A DNA stretch of 64,000 bases, taken from positions 64,001 through 128,000 of the forward strand of contig CM000152.2 in the NCBI GenBank assembly GCA_000004695.1, given 5' to 3'. A model generated the notes under the pieces. That model had not been told where the DNA came from. It ran no database searches and was given only the letters and a program-made list of their open reading frames with translations. Position 1 is the first letter of the stretch; each line of letters starts with the position of its first letter. Shown in pieces: positions 1-13,133 of this stretch. Made by a program: the position numbers and the translations under genes. Source of the stretch: Dictyostelium discoideum. Taxonomy: Eukaryota.

Positions 1-770
1 CCACAACAACCATATAAAAGACAACCACAAAATAATGGCGCAATTAATTTAAAATATAATAATCAACAAAATAAACCAAATTTAAATGGTAATAATATTA
101 ATAATAATAATAATAATAATAACAACAATAATAGTAATAATCAAAATAATTTTAGAAAACCTCAAAAAGTTGATAATAAAAAAGAAGCATCCAAATAACC
201 TTTTGATACATAAATTAAATATATAAACAAAAAAATAAAAAAAAAAATAAAAAAAAAATAAATATAAAAAAAAATAATAAAAACCAGTGAGTACACTTTT
301 ATGTATTATAAGGAAGGAATTCTTAATTTAAAAAAAAAAAAAAAAAAAAATACCTCTTAAATTTCTTTCATTTTACAATTATTTTATTTAAGATCTAAAT
401 AATTTTTGTCATACCAAACCACCACTTTAATTTTTTTTTTTTTTTTGGGAAATCAAAAAAATGAATCATTACAAACTTGTTTGTTTATATTTTTTCCAAT
501 TTAGAAAATTTTATTAATTTTAATAATAAGAATCAATAAAAAATAATAAAATATTAATAGACACAGAAAAAACCTTTATTTTTATAAAAAAAAAAAAAAA
601 AAAAAAATGGCCTTGCACAAATTCCTTGATTTTTAAGATCAAGATATTTTTTTTTTATTATTTTCAACCGACTATTTTTTATTAATAAAACGGTTTTTAT
701 TTATTTTTTTTCAGTTCAATACATTTGGTCTGTTTTTTTTTTTTTTTTTTAAAAAATTTTAAATAATAAA

Positions 771-2738
771 ATGATTAATGAAATTTTAGATAATAAAATG
801 AGTGATATTAGAAGCTCAGGAAAAAATGTGAAATTAGAGTCAACAACAATGACATCAGTTAAAGATTTACCAAGTTGGTGTTTTATTAAAAGTAGAGCAA
901 TGTTAAAAGGAGATAATAAACCATTTGTTGTAAGTGTTTTGAATAGTTCGACAGAAACACCATCAAAGGGTTGGAAATGTGTATTATTTCAAACAAATAT
1001 AAATGATAAAGGTCAATTATGGCAATTGGTTGATGGTCATCTTTTATCGCAATTATATGGTAGTTTTGTATTGGATATAGATTCAGATAATAACAATGGT
1101 ACAGATTTAATTATAAATTCACAAATCCCTTCAAATAATGAAAGACAGACTTGGAAATTGGGTAGTAATGGTGAAATTATGAACAATCAAACCAAAATGT
1201 TTATTGGTGTTAAAGGTTCAAATAGCGCTCCAATCGATCCATCAAATAATGCTCAACTCGTTTGTGAATCAACAACCTCGGTTGACAATGTTTGCTTCCA
1301 ATGGGATTTAGAACCCTCATTTCCATTGAATTCAATTTTAACACAAACAACTGAACCATTTCCAAATTATACTGATGAAAAATTAAAAGCATATATTTAC
1401 ATTTCAAATAATTTAATTAAAGGTATTGATGATATTAGATCTCAATATACGAATAGTAATTATTCATTTAATTCATTTTCCAATGAATTGGTTAATATGA
1501 AATATCCAGATTCAATTAGTAAAGATAGTTTCGATGAAATTAAAACTCAATTACAATCTGAATTTGAACAAGTTGATTCAATTATAAATTTATTTAATAA
1601 TTATCAACAATTTCATATTGGTTTATTTGCTGATAATTCTGCAAGATTAAATCAAATCGTTTCAATCATACAATTTGATGATAAAACTACAAGTGTTGCC
1701 GGTTCAATCTTATCAATTATTTCAAATATTCTTAAATTGGTTTTAACATTTTTACCTCAACCTGCTGGTAATTTTGGTAATGTAATGATGGGTGCAATTA
1801 GTGTTAGTAGTGCCGCTTCAACACCAAATAAAGTTAATGTTGATCCATTTAAAGTTGAACTTTCAAAATTATGGGATTCATTAAGTTCAAATTTCGAAGC
1901 AATCTTATTCAATATGGGTACGATGGAATCAATGATTTTAAAAGATTGGGGTAAAATGAAAGCAGTTTATCAATTATTATCAACATCACTTGCTTGGACA
2001 CCAACAATGACTTCTCAATTAATTTCAACTGGTGCTACTGCTTATGGAATTTCATTATTACAAATGTTATTACCAGAAAAGTATCAAATTTATTGTTGGA
2101 ATCAAAATTTCGATGCAAAGTATGGTTTCGCACCAGGTTATCCTGCTCCAATTCCTAGTGACATACCAGAATATTGTACATGGACTGATGAAAATGGTGA
2201 TGTTCTTTTCATAGCATCTACAAGTGATTTACGTGTTCACCCTATTAAAGAAGTAATGGATATGGTTTGGAAAGATAATGTTGTTGTTAAAAAGGATTTC
2301 TATAGATCTAGAAATGGTTGGTCATTCCCAACTTCATTAGTTAATCGTATTACACGTTGGTTAATTCCAAATGTAACTAATAATACATCAATACCAATGA
2401 AATATACAATTGGTGATTTTAAAGGTGATAGTAAAACAACTTATCAACTTGACCTTCCAACATTTTCCACATCATATCCACTTGATGTATCTCATAATAA
2501 TAATGGTCATAATTATCATTTTACAATTACAATCACCAATGCACTTGATAACAGTAAAATTGCAAGTCTTGTAATCATTGTATCAGCAGTTGGTGGTAGT
2601 TTTTCTAAAGGACAATTAGGTGATCATAGTGTAACAAAAGGTTATCTTATTGGTGATCCAATTTTTAATACAAGTGTTAGGGATTCAACTTCAACATGTA
2701 ATATTATTGTTAATATTGACTATAATGATACAAATTAA
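771..2738 (+). CDS. Ricin-B (beta-trefoil) lectin domain protein, 655 aa, single exon
   Basis: Uninterrupted ORF with Dictyostelium codon bias. The N-terminal ~180 aa carries three QxW-type motifs (QLWQL, QTWKL, FQWDL) spaced as in R-type lectin repeats. The remainder is Asn/Ser/Thr-rich with no recognised catalytic motif. Domain assignment is from motif memory, not a search. Confidence 0.5.
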   Translation: MINEILDNKMSDIRSSGKNVKLESTTMTSVKDLPSWCFIKSRAMLKGDNKPFVVSVLNSSTETPSKGWKCVLFQTNINDKGQLWQLVDGHLLSQLYGSFVLDIDSDNNNGTDLIINSQIPSNNERQTWKLGSNGEIMNNQTKMFIGVKGSNSAPIDPSNNAQLVCESTTSVDNVCFQWDLEPSFPLNSILTQTTEPFPNYTDEKLKAYIYISNNLIKGIDDIRSQYTNSNYSFNSFSNELVNMKYPDSISKDSFDEIKTQLQSEFEQVDSIINLFNNYQQFHIGLFADNSARLNQIVSIIQFDDKTTSVAGSILSIISNILKLVLTFLPQPAGNFGNVMMGAISVSSAASTPNKVNVDPFKVELSKLWDSLSSNFEAILFNMGTMESMILKDWGKMKAVYQLLSTSLAWTPTMTSQLISTGATAYGISLLQMLLPEKYQIYCWNQNFDAKYGFAPGYPAPIPSDIPEYCTWTDENGDVLFIASTSDLRVHPIKEVMDMVWKDNVVVKKDFYRSRNGWSFPTSLVNRITRWLIPNVTNNTSIPMKYTIGDFKGDSKTTYQLDLPTFSTSYPLDVSHNNNGHNYHFTITITNALDNSKIASLVIIVSAVGGSFSKGQLGDHSVTKGYLIGDPIFNTSVRDSTSTCNIIVNIDYNDTN

Positions 2739-2830
2739 AAAAAAAACATAATTTTGAAAATAAATAAATTATCAATTTAAAATTTATTTTATTTTATTTT
2801 ATTAAATACTATTGAATTTTTTTTTTTTTT

Positions 2831-4282
2831 TTAATATTTTTCATATTTAAAGAGATTATTTTCAGCATAATCACTTTTATCTTCAACATCAGTGAAAAAT
2901 TCTTGATCAATAATTAGTGATTCAATTACATTGTTATTGTTTCTACATTCTTGATCTAAAAGTTGAATAAATTTTTCTTTTTTATTATGGAAATCATAAA
3001 TTTGGAAAAGCACTTTATAGTATTTAATTGATTTATTTGATTTAATTAATTCAATTATTGGTTTAATTGAATTGATAGCTTTAATATCAAATTGTTTTAA
3101 ATTTTTAAAACATGAAACGAATTCTAAAATTAAAGGATATTCTTCTAAATTTTTAAAATCTTGATTAAATTGTTTTTGTAATTCATCTTGATCTTCAATT
3201 TGACTTTTATTTTTTTCATTAAAATATTCTTCAATAAAGTTTTTACTTCTTTTCATTTCATTTATAATATCTGAACATCTATCAACAATTGATAAAGATG
3301 TTAAATTTGGTAAACCAACAGAATTAATTAAATTTTTCCAATCAGTTTCAACATTATTTTTTAGTGAGAAAAAGTTGTTATCACATTCACATGGTGCTGA
3401 TTGTTTTGAAGTTTGATTTAATTTCTTCATTAATGAATCAAAACAAAATGTAGCTGTTAATTTTTTTAATTTTGGAGTTAATAATAAAAGTGATAGCAAA
3501 CTTGATATATCAATATTATCAACTTTTAATTCTTCAATATCATTATAAATTGGTAAAAGGTCTTTTCGACTTAAAATTAAATCATTCCAATTGAAATCAC
3601 TTATTGAACCTTGAATTCTTAGTGAATCAATTTTTATAAATTTATCACCATCTTTTAAATTGTTAATTTTATAAAGTTTTGGATCAATTTTATCAACAAT
3701 TAAAACACCAATTTTATTAACATTTTTTGGTAACCTTGAATCTAATTTCAATAGTTTCAAATTCTTTATTTCAATTGACACATTATCATTAATCTTTAAT
3801 CCATTTAAAAATTTCATACTTGAACTTGAGTATCCATTTTTAAATGCTTGTAAATCAATATAAATTGAAGTTAAATTTGTACATTTTGAAATGGCATCAT
3901 TTAAAAAGTTTGAAATTTCAATTTCTTCTTCACTTGAACTGGTTGCATAATTTCTACTTTCAATTTTTAATAATCTAATATTTTCCAATCTATAAATACT
4001 GAAATCACTTCTATCTTGATTTTTTATTGTTGAAATATTACTTTCTGACATTGGATTGGTTGGATAATAATTATCTGGAATAAAATTAAAATCTTGACTG
4101 GTTGTTAAATTATTTGATAAGGTTTTAAAAAACTCCCAATTAACTAATGATAAATTAACAATAGAATTATTATTTTCATTAAGTTCATCTTCATTAAAAA
4201 AAATTTTTCTATTAAAATCAAAACATAAAAATTTTATAATATCTTTAATTAAATATAATGGTAATTCTTTATTTTTATTCAT
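2831..4282 (-). CDS. F-box-like / leucine-rich-repeat protein, ~483 aa (likely start at the MNKNKELPLYLIKDIIKFL Met, plus coordinate 4282)
   Basis: The long minus-strand ORF 2831..4438 extends upstream through a poly-A-derived poly-Phe/Lys run. The first plausible ATG is at 4282. LPLYLIKDIIKFLCFD resembles an F-box N-terminus, followed by repeated L-x-x-L-x-L LRR-like units. Confidence 0.4.
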   Translation of the reverse strand: MNKNKELPLYLIKDIIKFLCFDFNRKIFFNEDELNENNNSIVNLSLVNWEFFKTLSNNLTTSQDFNFIPDNYYPTNPMSESNISTIKNQDRSDFSIYRLENIRLLKIESRNYATSSSEEEIEISNFLNDAISKCTNLTSIYIDLQAFKNGYSSSSMKFLNGLKINDNVSIEIKNLKLLKLDSRLPKNVNKIGVLIVDKIDPKLYKINNLKDGDKFIKIDSLRIQGSISDFNWNDLILSRKDLLPIYNDIEELKVDNIDISSLLSLLLLTPKLKKLTATFCFDSLMKKLNQTSKQSAPCECDNNFFSLKNNVETDWKNLINSVGLPNLTSLSIVDRCSDIINEMKRSKNFIEEYFNEKNKSQIEDQDELQKQFNQDFKNLEEYPLILEFVSCFKNLKQFDIKAINSIKPIIELIKSNKSIKYYKVLFQIYDFHNKKEKFIQLLDQECRNNNNVIESLIIDQEFFTDVEDKSDYAENNLFKYEKY

Positions 4283-4796
4283 TCTATTCTTTTTTTTTTT
4301 ATTTTTTAATTTAATCAATAAAAAAAAAAAAAAATAAAAATCATAATGGTGATTGGAAAATAAAAAGGAAATTTCAAAAAAAAAATAAAAAAATAAAAAA
4401 ATAAAAAAAAATATCAAAAAATCCTGTTCTGACGTCAATATCGACAGTGTGGCCTGTGTTATGGGTTGGATGAAATAGAAATAATATTATTTTTATTATT
4501 TCTATTTTTAATTTTAATTTTATTGTTTTTGTTTTTACATCTTTATTTTTTTTGTTTGTTAAAGTTTTTTATTTTTTTATTTATTTATTTAATTTTTTAT
4601 TTATATTATTTATTTTGGTAATAATTTTTTTTTTTTTTTTTATGATTGTTATTATAAATATCAATACTGATTATTGAGTTGCAATGAAAAATTAATATTA
4701 AAATTATATTAAATAGAAATAAAAATACAAATTAAAAAAAATGATTAAACTTTTAAAGTTTTGTAAACATTTTAATTTGTATGTTTTATTTTAAAA

Positions 4797-5429
4797 CTAT
4801 ATTAGTAATGTTATAGTAACTATCATTAATATTAAAAAATTTATATTATAAAATGTCTGTATTTTTATAATCAGTGAAAATGGTAAAGACGGTGATGACG
4901 ATGACGATAAAAGTAATATTGAACCAGTAAAATTAAATATTGAGAGATTACATTGTTTTGTTTTACAGAATGAAGATGGTATTAAAGGTGAGCTACAAAA
5001 AAAGTTTACACATTTAGACTCTTCATTACATTTACTCTTGGCAATACATGAAGACGGATTAATAGAGTAAATATCTGAGCAATTTACTTTATTTCTGTCA
5101 AGACATGAAAAAAATACTACTGCACTTTGTTGACAAAATGCCCCTTGAAATCTCCCTCTAGTAGTACAATATCCTACACCTGATTGTGGATCACACTATT
5201 TTTTTTTAAATTTAAAAAATTATAAATAAAAATACTAAAAGCTCAATTATAATAAATTAACCTTTACCTTACAAAATTCATATTCTAAACAATCTTTTTT
5301 TGAAATACATGCTCTTGGGTAACTAATGGGAAGTGGAGTGCATTTCCCCAATACACTTCCTTTAAATAAAGGTTTACACTAAAATAAAAAATTAACAATA
5401 TTAATAATACTAATATTATTAATAATAAT

Positions 5430-5490
<61 letters not shown>

Positions 5491-5634
5491 TTTTGATTAC
5501 TAACATATTGAGGTGATGTCCAATCACACGAATCTAAATTAGTTAAACATGGATCACCTTCTTTAATTATTGGTTTGCATTCACCTATTGATGATATATT
5601 AAATGATTTCAATCCACATGGATTTCTTGCTTCT
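4797..5634 (-). CDS. Cysteine-rich secreted/EGF-like protein, paralog A (three 3' exons resolved: 5634..5505, 5378..5268, 5195..4797; 5' exon unresolved)
   Basis: Minus-strand exons read ...EARNPCGLKSFNISSIGECKPIIKEGDPCLTNLDSCDWTSPQY | CKPLFKGSVLGKCTPLPISYPRACISKKDCLEYEFCK | CDPQSGVGYCTTRGRFQGAFCQQSAVVFFSCLDRNKVNCSDIYSINPSSCIAKSKCNEESKCVNFFCSSP... with a hydrophobic C-terminal tail. Introns have GTTAGT / GTAAAG donors and T-rich ...AG acceptors, and the first intron contains (AAT)n. The first resolved exon starts in phase 2, so an upstream exon is missing, possibly related to ORF 5849..6424. Confidence 0.4.
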
Positions 5635-5718
5635 CTACAAGAATAAGATCTAAATAAAAAACATTCATTATCCTAAATTTTTTTATTATAATTAACAAAA
5701 TTTGTATTTATAATCATT

Positions 5719-5848
<130 letters not shown>

Positions 5849-5858
<10 letters not shown>

Positions 5859-6424
5859 ATGGTTACCTTTAATTCATATTTTATACATTTGGCTTTAAAA
5901 CAATATGAATCCAAACCACAACTTAAATCAGAGATGCAACCATAAAATGGTGTTGAACATTTTCTATTAATGCAATCTAATGAATTTAGACAATCGGTGG
6001 CTCTAACACAATCTTCACCAAATTCTGCAAAGAATGCTGGTTGACAAGTTTTGTTTTGGCTTTGCAAAGTGAAAGATAATGTTGAATTAAATGAAACACA
6101 ACTACTGCCTATTTCACAATCACCACTATCTTGACAAATCTCCCCTACTTTCAACGATGGAACACAAATACCATCCTTGCATCTATCATTGGCATAACAT
6201 CTTTGTCCAGTGAATGGTGATGAATTATTACATAACTGACCTAACTCTGAACAAGTATTAATTGAACATGCTAAATCTGATGTTATTGGTATTCGAGAAC
6301 CAACTAAACTTGGTTTTAGTTTAACTTGGCTTTGACAATTTTCAATCTTAATTAAAAAAAAGAGTAATACAATAAAATATTTTAAATAACTTTTAATTCT
6401 ATCTTTATTTTTTTTAAAAATCAT
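5849..6424 (-). CDS. Secreted cysteine-rich (EGF/furin-like spacing) protein, 191 aa, possibly exon 1 of the downstream Cys-rich gene
   Basis: ORF begins with a signal-peptide-like segment (MIFKKNKDRIKSYLKYFIVLLFFLIKIENCQSQ). It is followed by about 24 Cys in C-x-x-x-C / C-x-D-G-x-C patterns. It ends at a stop, but a GTAACC sits at the last codon, so a splice into the downstream exons cannot be excluded. Confidence 0.45.
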
Positions 6425-6946
6425 TATTTTAAAAAAATTTTAAAAAAAATAAAAATAAAGAGTATTAACTTTCTTTAAGAAATATTTTTTTTTATTTTTA
6501 TTTTATTTTTTTTTTTTTTTTTTTTTTTTATTAATAAATCGATGAAAAAAAATGAAAAAAAAAAAAGTATTCAAAAGTATTAAAAAAAGTGTTAAAAAAA
6601 AAGTGGTACTATTGAATTTAGTAAATACAAATAGAACACTCAAAAAAACACAAAATGAATGTAACCATTCTATTTTTTTATTTATTTATTTTTTTGAGGA
6701 ACAACGAGAGGGAATAATAAAATAAATTAAAAAAAAACCAAAATAATTGCATTTGAATTCTCTACTTGGCAGTTATTTGATTAAAAAATTAAAAAATGAT
6801 TTGTAAAATTGACCATTTATTCTTTTATTTTTAATTTTGATAATAATAAATATTGATTAAATTATGACATACCTATAAATTATTTTCAAAACTTACATAT
6901 TGTAATACGGTTTTTCCAATTCTTTATGATTTTAATATTATTTAAT

Positions 6947-7440
6947 TTAGTATAACAAATTATTTATTATTAACAATATCGCTATTATTAAGTTTATATT
7001 ATAAAATGAAATCGTTAACGATGGGGAAGTTGAAAAAGAATAATAAACTACAGTGAGATTAAATATTGAAAGATTACATTCTTTTGGTTTACAAAATGAG
7101 GATGGTATTAAAGGTGAACTACAAAAAAAGTTTAAACATTTAGCCTCTTCATTACATTTACTCTTGGCAATACATGATGACGGATTAACAGAGTAAATAT
7201 CAGTACAATTGATACGATTTCTAAAAAGACAATCACTAAATACATCTCCACTTTGTTGACAAAAAACTCCTACAAATTTACTTCTAGTCGTACAATATCC
7301 AACACCTGATTGTGAATCGCACTTAAATAAAATAAAATTAGATTGGAACAATATAAGTTTAATCTCTATTATTAATTTTTTTCTTTCTTTACCTTACAAA
7401 ATTCATATTCATTGCAATCATTATTTCCAGTTTTTTTAAT
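6947..7440 (-). CDS. Cysteine-rich protein, paralog B of 4797..5634 (tandem duplicate; possibly degenerate/pseudogene)
   Basis: ORF 6947..7351 (…CDSQSGVGYCTTRSKFVGVFCQQSGDVFSDCLFRNRINCTDIYSVNPSSCIAKSKCNEEAKCLNFFCSSPLIPSSF…) is about 85-90% identical at nucleotide level to 4975-5200 (eyeball estimate). An upstream remnant ...GNNDCNEYEFCK|gtaaag at 7393..7440 is separated by only ~41 nt from the acceptor at 7352, short for a Dictyostelium intron. The region homologous to the paralog-A middle exon is replaced by AT-rich sequence. Confidence 0.35.
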
Positions 7441-7947
7441 TATCATTATTTTTAAATAATAAAAATAAAAAAATGAATAGTTTTATTTACAAATAATAAT
7501 TTTTTACCATTGAAATTAAAAAAATAAAAATAAAAATAAAATAAAATTAAAGGTGTGGTAAAAAAAAAAAAAGTAAACTACTTGTCGACAGTTTTTTTAT
7601 TTTTATTATTTTTTATTTTTTATTTTTTTTTTTCGAAAAATTAAAAATAGATTATTTAATTTGTGTTTGAGTAGTTTCACTTTTTATCCATTTTAAATTT
7701 CAAATAAACACTTCAAAATAAAAAAAAAATAAAAAAAATAAAAAAAATGGGATTATGAAAAAAAAAAATGAAAATAAAAAAAAAATTTATTTTAAAAAAT
7801 TTCGATTTGATTATTGTAATAGCCTGTTTTTTAGCGGTAAAAAAAAACATTTGGCGGTTAGAAAATATTTAAATAAAATTCACAATTTTTATTTTCACAA
7901 AAAAAAAAAAAAAAATTTTAAAATTTTAATTTCTATTTATATAAACA

Positions 7948-7981
<34 letters not shown>

Positions 7982-8017
7982 TATCCAAAAAGATATCAAC
8001 AAAAAAAAAAAAAAAGA

Positions 8018-8133
8018 ATGGATGTTGATATGTTTGATTATGATTTAGTATTATTTAATCATCATAATAAAAACAATGGTGATGAAAAGAAGAACAATTT
8101 ATTAAATTCACTTCAACAACAAATTACACAACC

Positions 8134-8176
<43 letters not shown>

Positions 8177-9025
8177 AAACCATTAGAAGATATTGATATT
8201 ATTAAATCACCAAGTAAAAAGAATGCAAAACTTGATGAATATGGTTTTGTAAAAGAGGATGAGTCTGAAAGTAAAAACGAAGATATTGGTGGTGAAACCT
8301 ATAAACAAGCTGGAAAAAGGATTTCAAAAGAACAAAAATGGATTCATATTGTAAATAATTGGAATGATTATTTAATTAATCAACCAGAGAAATTATTATA
8401 TCTATCTTCAAAAGGTATACCAAATAATTTAAGACCATTGGTTTGGAGAAAAATGTTAAATATAAATTATTTTAAAAATCAATATCATGAAAATTATTTT
8501 AAAGTATGTATTATTTAAATATAAATTCATTTAATTTATATTTATTAATTTTTTTTTTTTATATAGGAACTTTGTAATAAACCTTCAAATGAACATACTG
8601 AACAAATTGAACTTGATATTCCAAGAACATTTCCAAATCATAAAAGATTTTTTACTCAAAGAGGGTATGTGTAAAAAAAAAAAAAAACAATTAAATCCAC
8701 TTTATTAAATTTAATCTAAAATTGTTATTATTATTATTTTTTTTTTTTTTAAAAAATAGTAAAAATGATTTATTGGATGTATTACAATCATATTCTTATC
8801 ATAATCCAAATGTTGGTTATTGTCAAGGTATGTCATATATTGCTGGAGTTTTGTTAATGTTTTTATCACCAGAGGATACATTTTGGTTATTTGTATCCCT
8901 ATTGGAAAGGGAAACTATGGGTTATTATATTCCAGGAATGCCACAGTTAATTTTTGATTCAATTTTATTTCAAAAAATTTTAGAAATTGAAAATAAACCA
9001 TTAGGCCAACATTTAGTAAGTAGTA

Positions 9026-9068
<43 letters not shown>

Positions 9069-10034
9069 GGTAATGTTTATTAATAGTTTTTATTTTATTT
9101 ATATAAAAAAAAAAAAAAAAAGTTGAAAAATGGTATTGATCCATTATTATATGTTACTCCATGGTGGATGTGCTTTTTTACAACATTACCAGATTGGGGA
9201 ACAGTATTAAGATTATGGGATTTGATACTTTTGGAAGGTGTCAATTCTTTATTTCGTTTTTCACTTGTAATATTAAAATATTCTGCCGGCTTCTTATTTA
9301 AGAATAAAGGTGCCGATGGTTTATTACCATATCTATTAAGACCACCTATCGATGAAATTGGTGGTATCGATTTTTTACTCACTTCCGCCATGGAATTACC
9401 AATATTAGATTTAGTTAAGGAGGCTAAATCTATAATTGAAAAAGAAAAAGAAGAGGAAAAATTATTAAAAGAACAAAAACAACAACAACAACAACAGCAA
9501 CAGCAACAACAGCAACAACAACAACCTTTAAAGAAATCATCAAATAATGTTGAAAACTCAACTGTATTTGAAAGAATTATTAAATTTATTGATGGTGATG
9601 AAAATTCTGATAGTGTCAATAATAATAATAATAATGTAAATTTAGAAAATAATAATAATAATAATAATAATAATGAAAATAATATAAGTGAGAATAATAA
9701 TAAATTAAAAACACCAGTTAAATCAACAAGTTCAGGATTATTCTCAAAGAAATTAAAAGATTTTACAAATCGTATCAAATCAAGATTTGTTACTCATAGC
9801 TATCAACCATGTAATGTTATTTTAGAACAAAGATCAGCAGTATACAGAAAATCAATTGCAAGAAGACAATCAATTGCTAGAACAAGAAAATCAGTTTTAC
9901 CAAAACAAAACCAACAACCTTCTGAAGTTTTCTCTGATCCATTAACCAATGCTGAAACCAATACTACCACTACAACCACAACTACTACTGCTACAACTAC
10001 AACTACTACAACTTCAAATAATAACAATAATAAA

Positions 10035-10102
<68 letters not shown>

Positions 10103-11420
10103 CAATGGTACTATAAGAAAACCAAGACCATCAGTTATAGGTACTGTTGTTTCAACAAAAAGAAAATCAATTGTACCAAGACAATCGGTTACATCATCAA
10201 GACCATCAATTGCACCAAGAAAATCAGTTGTATCATCAAGACCATCAATTGCACCAAGAAAATCAATGGTACCAAGAAAATCAATTAAACCAAAAGTCTA
10301 TCTTTCAAAGAATGATCAAATTGATGAGAAAATGCCAAATGAAAAAAACAACAACAATGATAATAGTGTTAAAAATGATGAATGGGTTGAAAATAATGAA
10401 AAAGAATTTGAAAGATTTATTATTGATGATAATTATTCAACCAATACAAATACAAATACAACTACAAATACAAATATAAATATAAATAATAGTGCACTCA
10501 AAAATAGTAGTATTACCAATAGTGGTAGTAATAGCTTTAATAGAAAATATCAAAGCAGCTCACCAATACAAATGATATTACCCCCACCACCACCATCTTC
10601 AACACCATTATTAAAGATTTTATCACCAACCAATAGTAATTTAAATAATAGTGTTAACTATGGTACAAGTTTAAATAATAGTAGTAGTTATATAAGTAAT
10701 TATGGAGGTGGTAATAAACAACAAAACAAATCAAATAACAATAACAATAGTCAATTTACTTCACCAATGAAATATTCATCATTTAGATCACCAATTAAAA
10801 CACCAAATTCTAAAACTATTAATCAATCAGTTGATTTATTAAAAGAAATTATGAAAACTCCACCAAATAATAATAATAATAATAATGGTGGTAATAATGA
10901 AAAATGGACAAACTTTGTAAGTGGTAGTGCAAGTAATAGTATCTTAAAGAATGCATGTCAATTTGGTGAATTCTCATTCTCTAGTCCACAACAAAACTCT
11001 CCAAGTATTACAGAGAAACAATTCCTAAGGGAATTTTCAACTCCAACACCACTTAAAGAACGTAGTAATAGAATGGTCATTCAAACTCCTACTCAAACTC
11101 CAAACACTACTTCAAAGAAGAGATTATTATTTACAAATAATAATAATAATAGTAATAATAATGATGAAAACCATGAAAATTTCAAAAATAATAGTGATCA
11201 CCATCAACAAACACCTTCTAAATTTTTAAAACCAATTCCAATCTCACAACCATTATCATCAAAAAATACTAATAGTCTCAAAAATAATAATATCCTAAGT
11301 AATACTATGGAAATCCAAAATGATGAATGTTATTCACCATCATCATTTGAATTAAAAGAATTAAGTCATCAATCTTATATTTCAAAAAAACAAACAAAAA
11401 AATGGGATTTAAGAGTTTAA
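8018..11420 (+). CDS. TBC-domain Rab GTPase-activating protein, ~1045 aa; 4 exons: 8018..8503, 8567..8664, 8760..9015, 9123..11420
   Basis: Exon 1 contains the TBC domain start (LRPLVWRKMLNI). Exon 2 carries the arginine-finger motif IELDIPRTFP (IxxDxxR). Exon 3 carries the glutamine-finger motif YCQGMSYIAG (YxQ). Exon 4 completes the TBC fold and continues into a ~650-aa low-complexity Q/N/S/T-rich tail. Donors are AAA|GTATGT, AGAGG|GTATGT and TTA|GTAAGT; acceptors are tatatag|, aaaaatag| and aaaaaag|. Phases are consistent (0,2,0). Confidence 0.75.
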
Positions 11421-11714
11421 ATAAATAAATAAAAACAAACAAATAATTAAAAAAAAAAAATACTAATTAAATAACAACTAAATAAATAAATAATAATTAA
11501 AAAAAAAAATAATAAAATAAATAAAATAAAATAAATAAAATAAAAAAATAAAATACTATTTTTTATTACTATTTATTTTATTTAAAATAAATAAATAAAA
11601 AATACTATTTTAAAAACAGCAATAAACAAATAAATAATAAATAATTTAAAATACTATCTTATTTATTTGTTTTATTTTATTTTATTTTATTTTATTTTAT
11701 TTTATTTTATTTTA

Positions 11715-11745
<31 letters not shown>

Positions 11746-12300
11746 CTTTATTTATATAAAAATAATAATTATTTTGGATACTGATTTTTTAAAATACATA
11801 ATATTTAGTTTTAATTTTTTTTTTTTTTTTTTTTCTTTATTTATTTTAAATAATAATTAAAAAAATAAAAATTAAATAAATAAATAATAATAATAATAAT
11901 AATAATGAAAATAATAATTAAATAATTAAAAAAATAATATTTTAAATTATTATTTAATATTTATTTTTTTAATTTTTATTTTTATGTTATTTTAATTAAT
12001 TATAAATAATATTATTAAAAATAATAAAATTTTAATTAATTATTACTACTATTTTCTAATTAAAATATTAAAAATAATAAAATAAATATATAAAATATAC
12101 TATTTTAAATTATTATCTAGTTATTTCATTATTTATTTTTTATTTTTTAATTATTTATTTAATTATTATTTTTTTAATCATTATTTATTTAATTATTATT
12201 TATTTAAAATAAATAAAGAAAAAAATTACCACTAAACAATATGTATTTTAAAAAATCAGTATCCAATAAAGTAATTATTTATCGATTATCGCCCCAATAA

Positions 12301-12344
<44 letters not shown>

Positions 12345-12884
12345 CAGTATGTTGTCTTCAAAATTTTTTTTTAAAATATGTCGATATAAAATCAAAATAA
12401 TTCCTGTGTTATCCAAATAATCACGGAAGAAATCAAAAAAAAATAAAAATAAAAATGAAAAAATAAATAAATAATTAAATTAAAAAAATAAATTAAAAAT
12501 AAATTGATTAAAAAAAAGGAAAAAAAAAAAAAAAAAAGGAAAAAAAAAAAAAAAAAAAAAAAAAAAAGATTTCAAAAAATTTTTTTTACTGTCCCATCAG
12601 TAGCCGTTTAATAAACTGAAAAATGAAAAAAAAAAAAATTAAATAAAATAAAAAAAAAAGAGAAAAAAAACCTAACCCATTTTTTTTTTTTCTTTTCTTT
12701 TTTTTTATTTGAAAAATTTGTTTTAAAAAAAAAAAAAAATATTTTTAAAAAAAAAAAATTTTTGAATATTTTTTTTTTTTTTTATCAAGCCATTTTTGTT
12801 TTCTAATTTTTTTTTTTCATTTGTAATTTTTTGTATAATATCTTGTATTATTTTTTATAACACTCAAACTATTTATTAAATAAA

Positions 12885-13098
12885 ATGGTAAATATTATTT
12901 AATGATTACTTTAATTTCTAAATTGGATTATTTTTTTTTTATTTTTTTTTAAATAATTAATAATAAATAATAAAAATAAAAAAAAAATAACATTATGGTT
13001 AGATATTTGGAGAAAATAAAAAAAAAAAAATGAAAAAATAAAAAAAAATAAAAAATAAAAATAATTTAAAAAGAATAATTATTCTAATGAAACATTAA

Positions 13099-13133
<35 letters not shown>

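Noticed and set aside
4430-4470. Short GC-richer segment (gacgtcaatatcgacagtgtggcctgtgttatgggttgg) checked as a possible tRNA
   Set aside because: No cloverleaf-compatible stems and no A-box/B-box (TRGCNNAGTGG / GGTTCGANTCC) motifs. It is probably just promoter sequence of the F-box/LRR gene.
7755-8048. ORF-track entry encoding poly-Lys/Phe (MKKKNENKKKIYFKKF…)
   Set aside because: It is a translation of homopolymer A/T promoter DNA upstream of the RabGAP start (ATG 8018), with no codon bias or domain content.
9095-10105. Minus-strand ORFs 9095..9778 (poly-Cys/Leu) and 9803..10105 (poly-Leu/Val)
   Set aside because: They are antisense to the RabGAP exon 4 low-complexity (CAA)n/(AAT)n/(ACA)n tracts. 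The sense strand has the clear TBC-domain continuation.
11421-12880. 1.4-kb AT-rich block with (TTTTA)n, (AAATAAAT)n and 11-mer AAAAAAAATAA repeats, considered as a possible transposon remnant
   Set aside because: There are no terminal inverted repeats, no target-site duplication and no coding remnants. It is consistent with ordinary Dictyostelium intergenic simple-sequence DNA between the RabGAP 3' end and mlcE.
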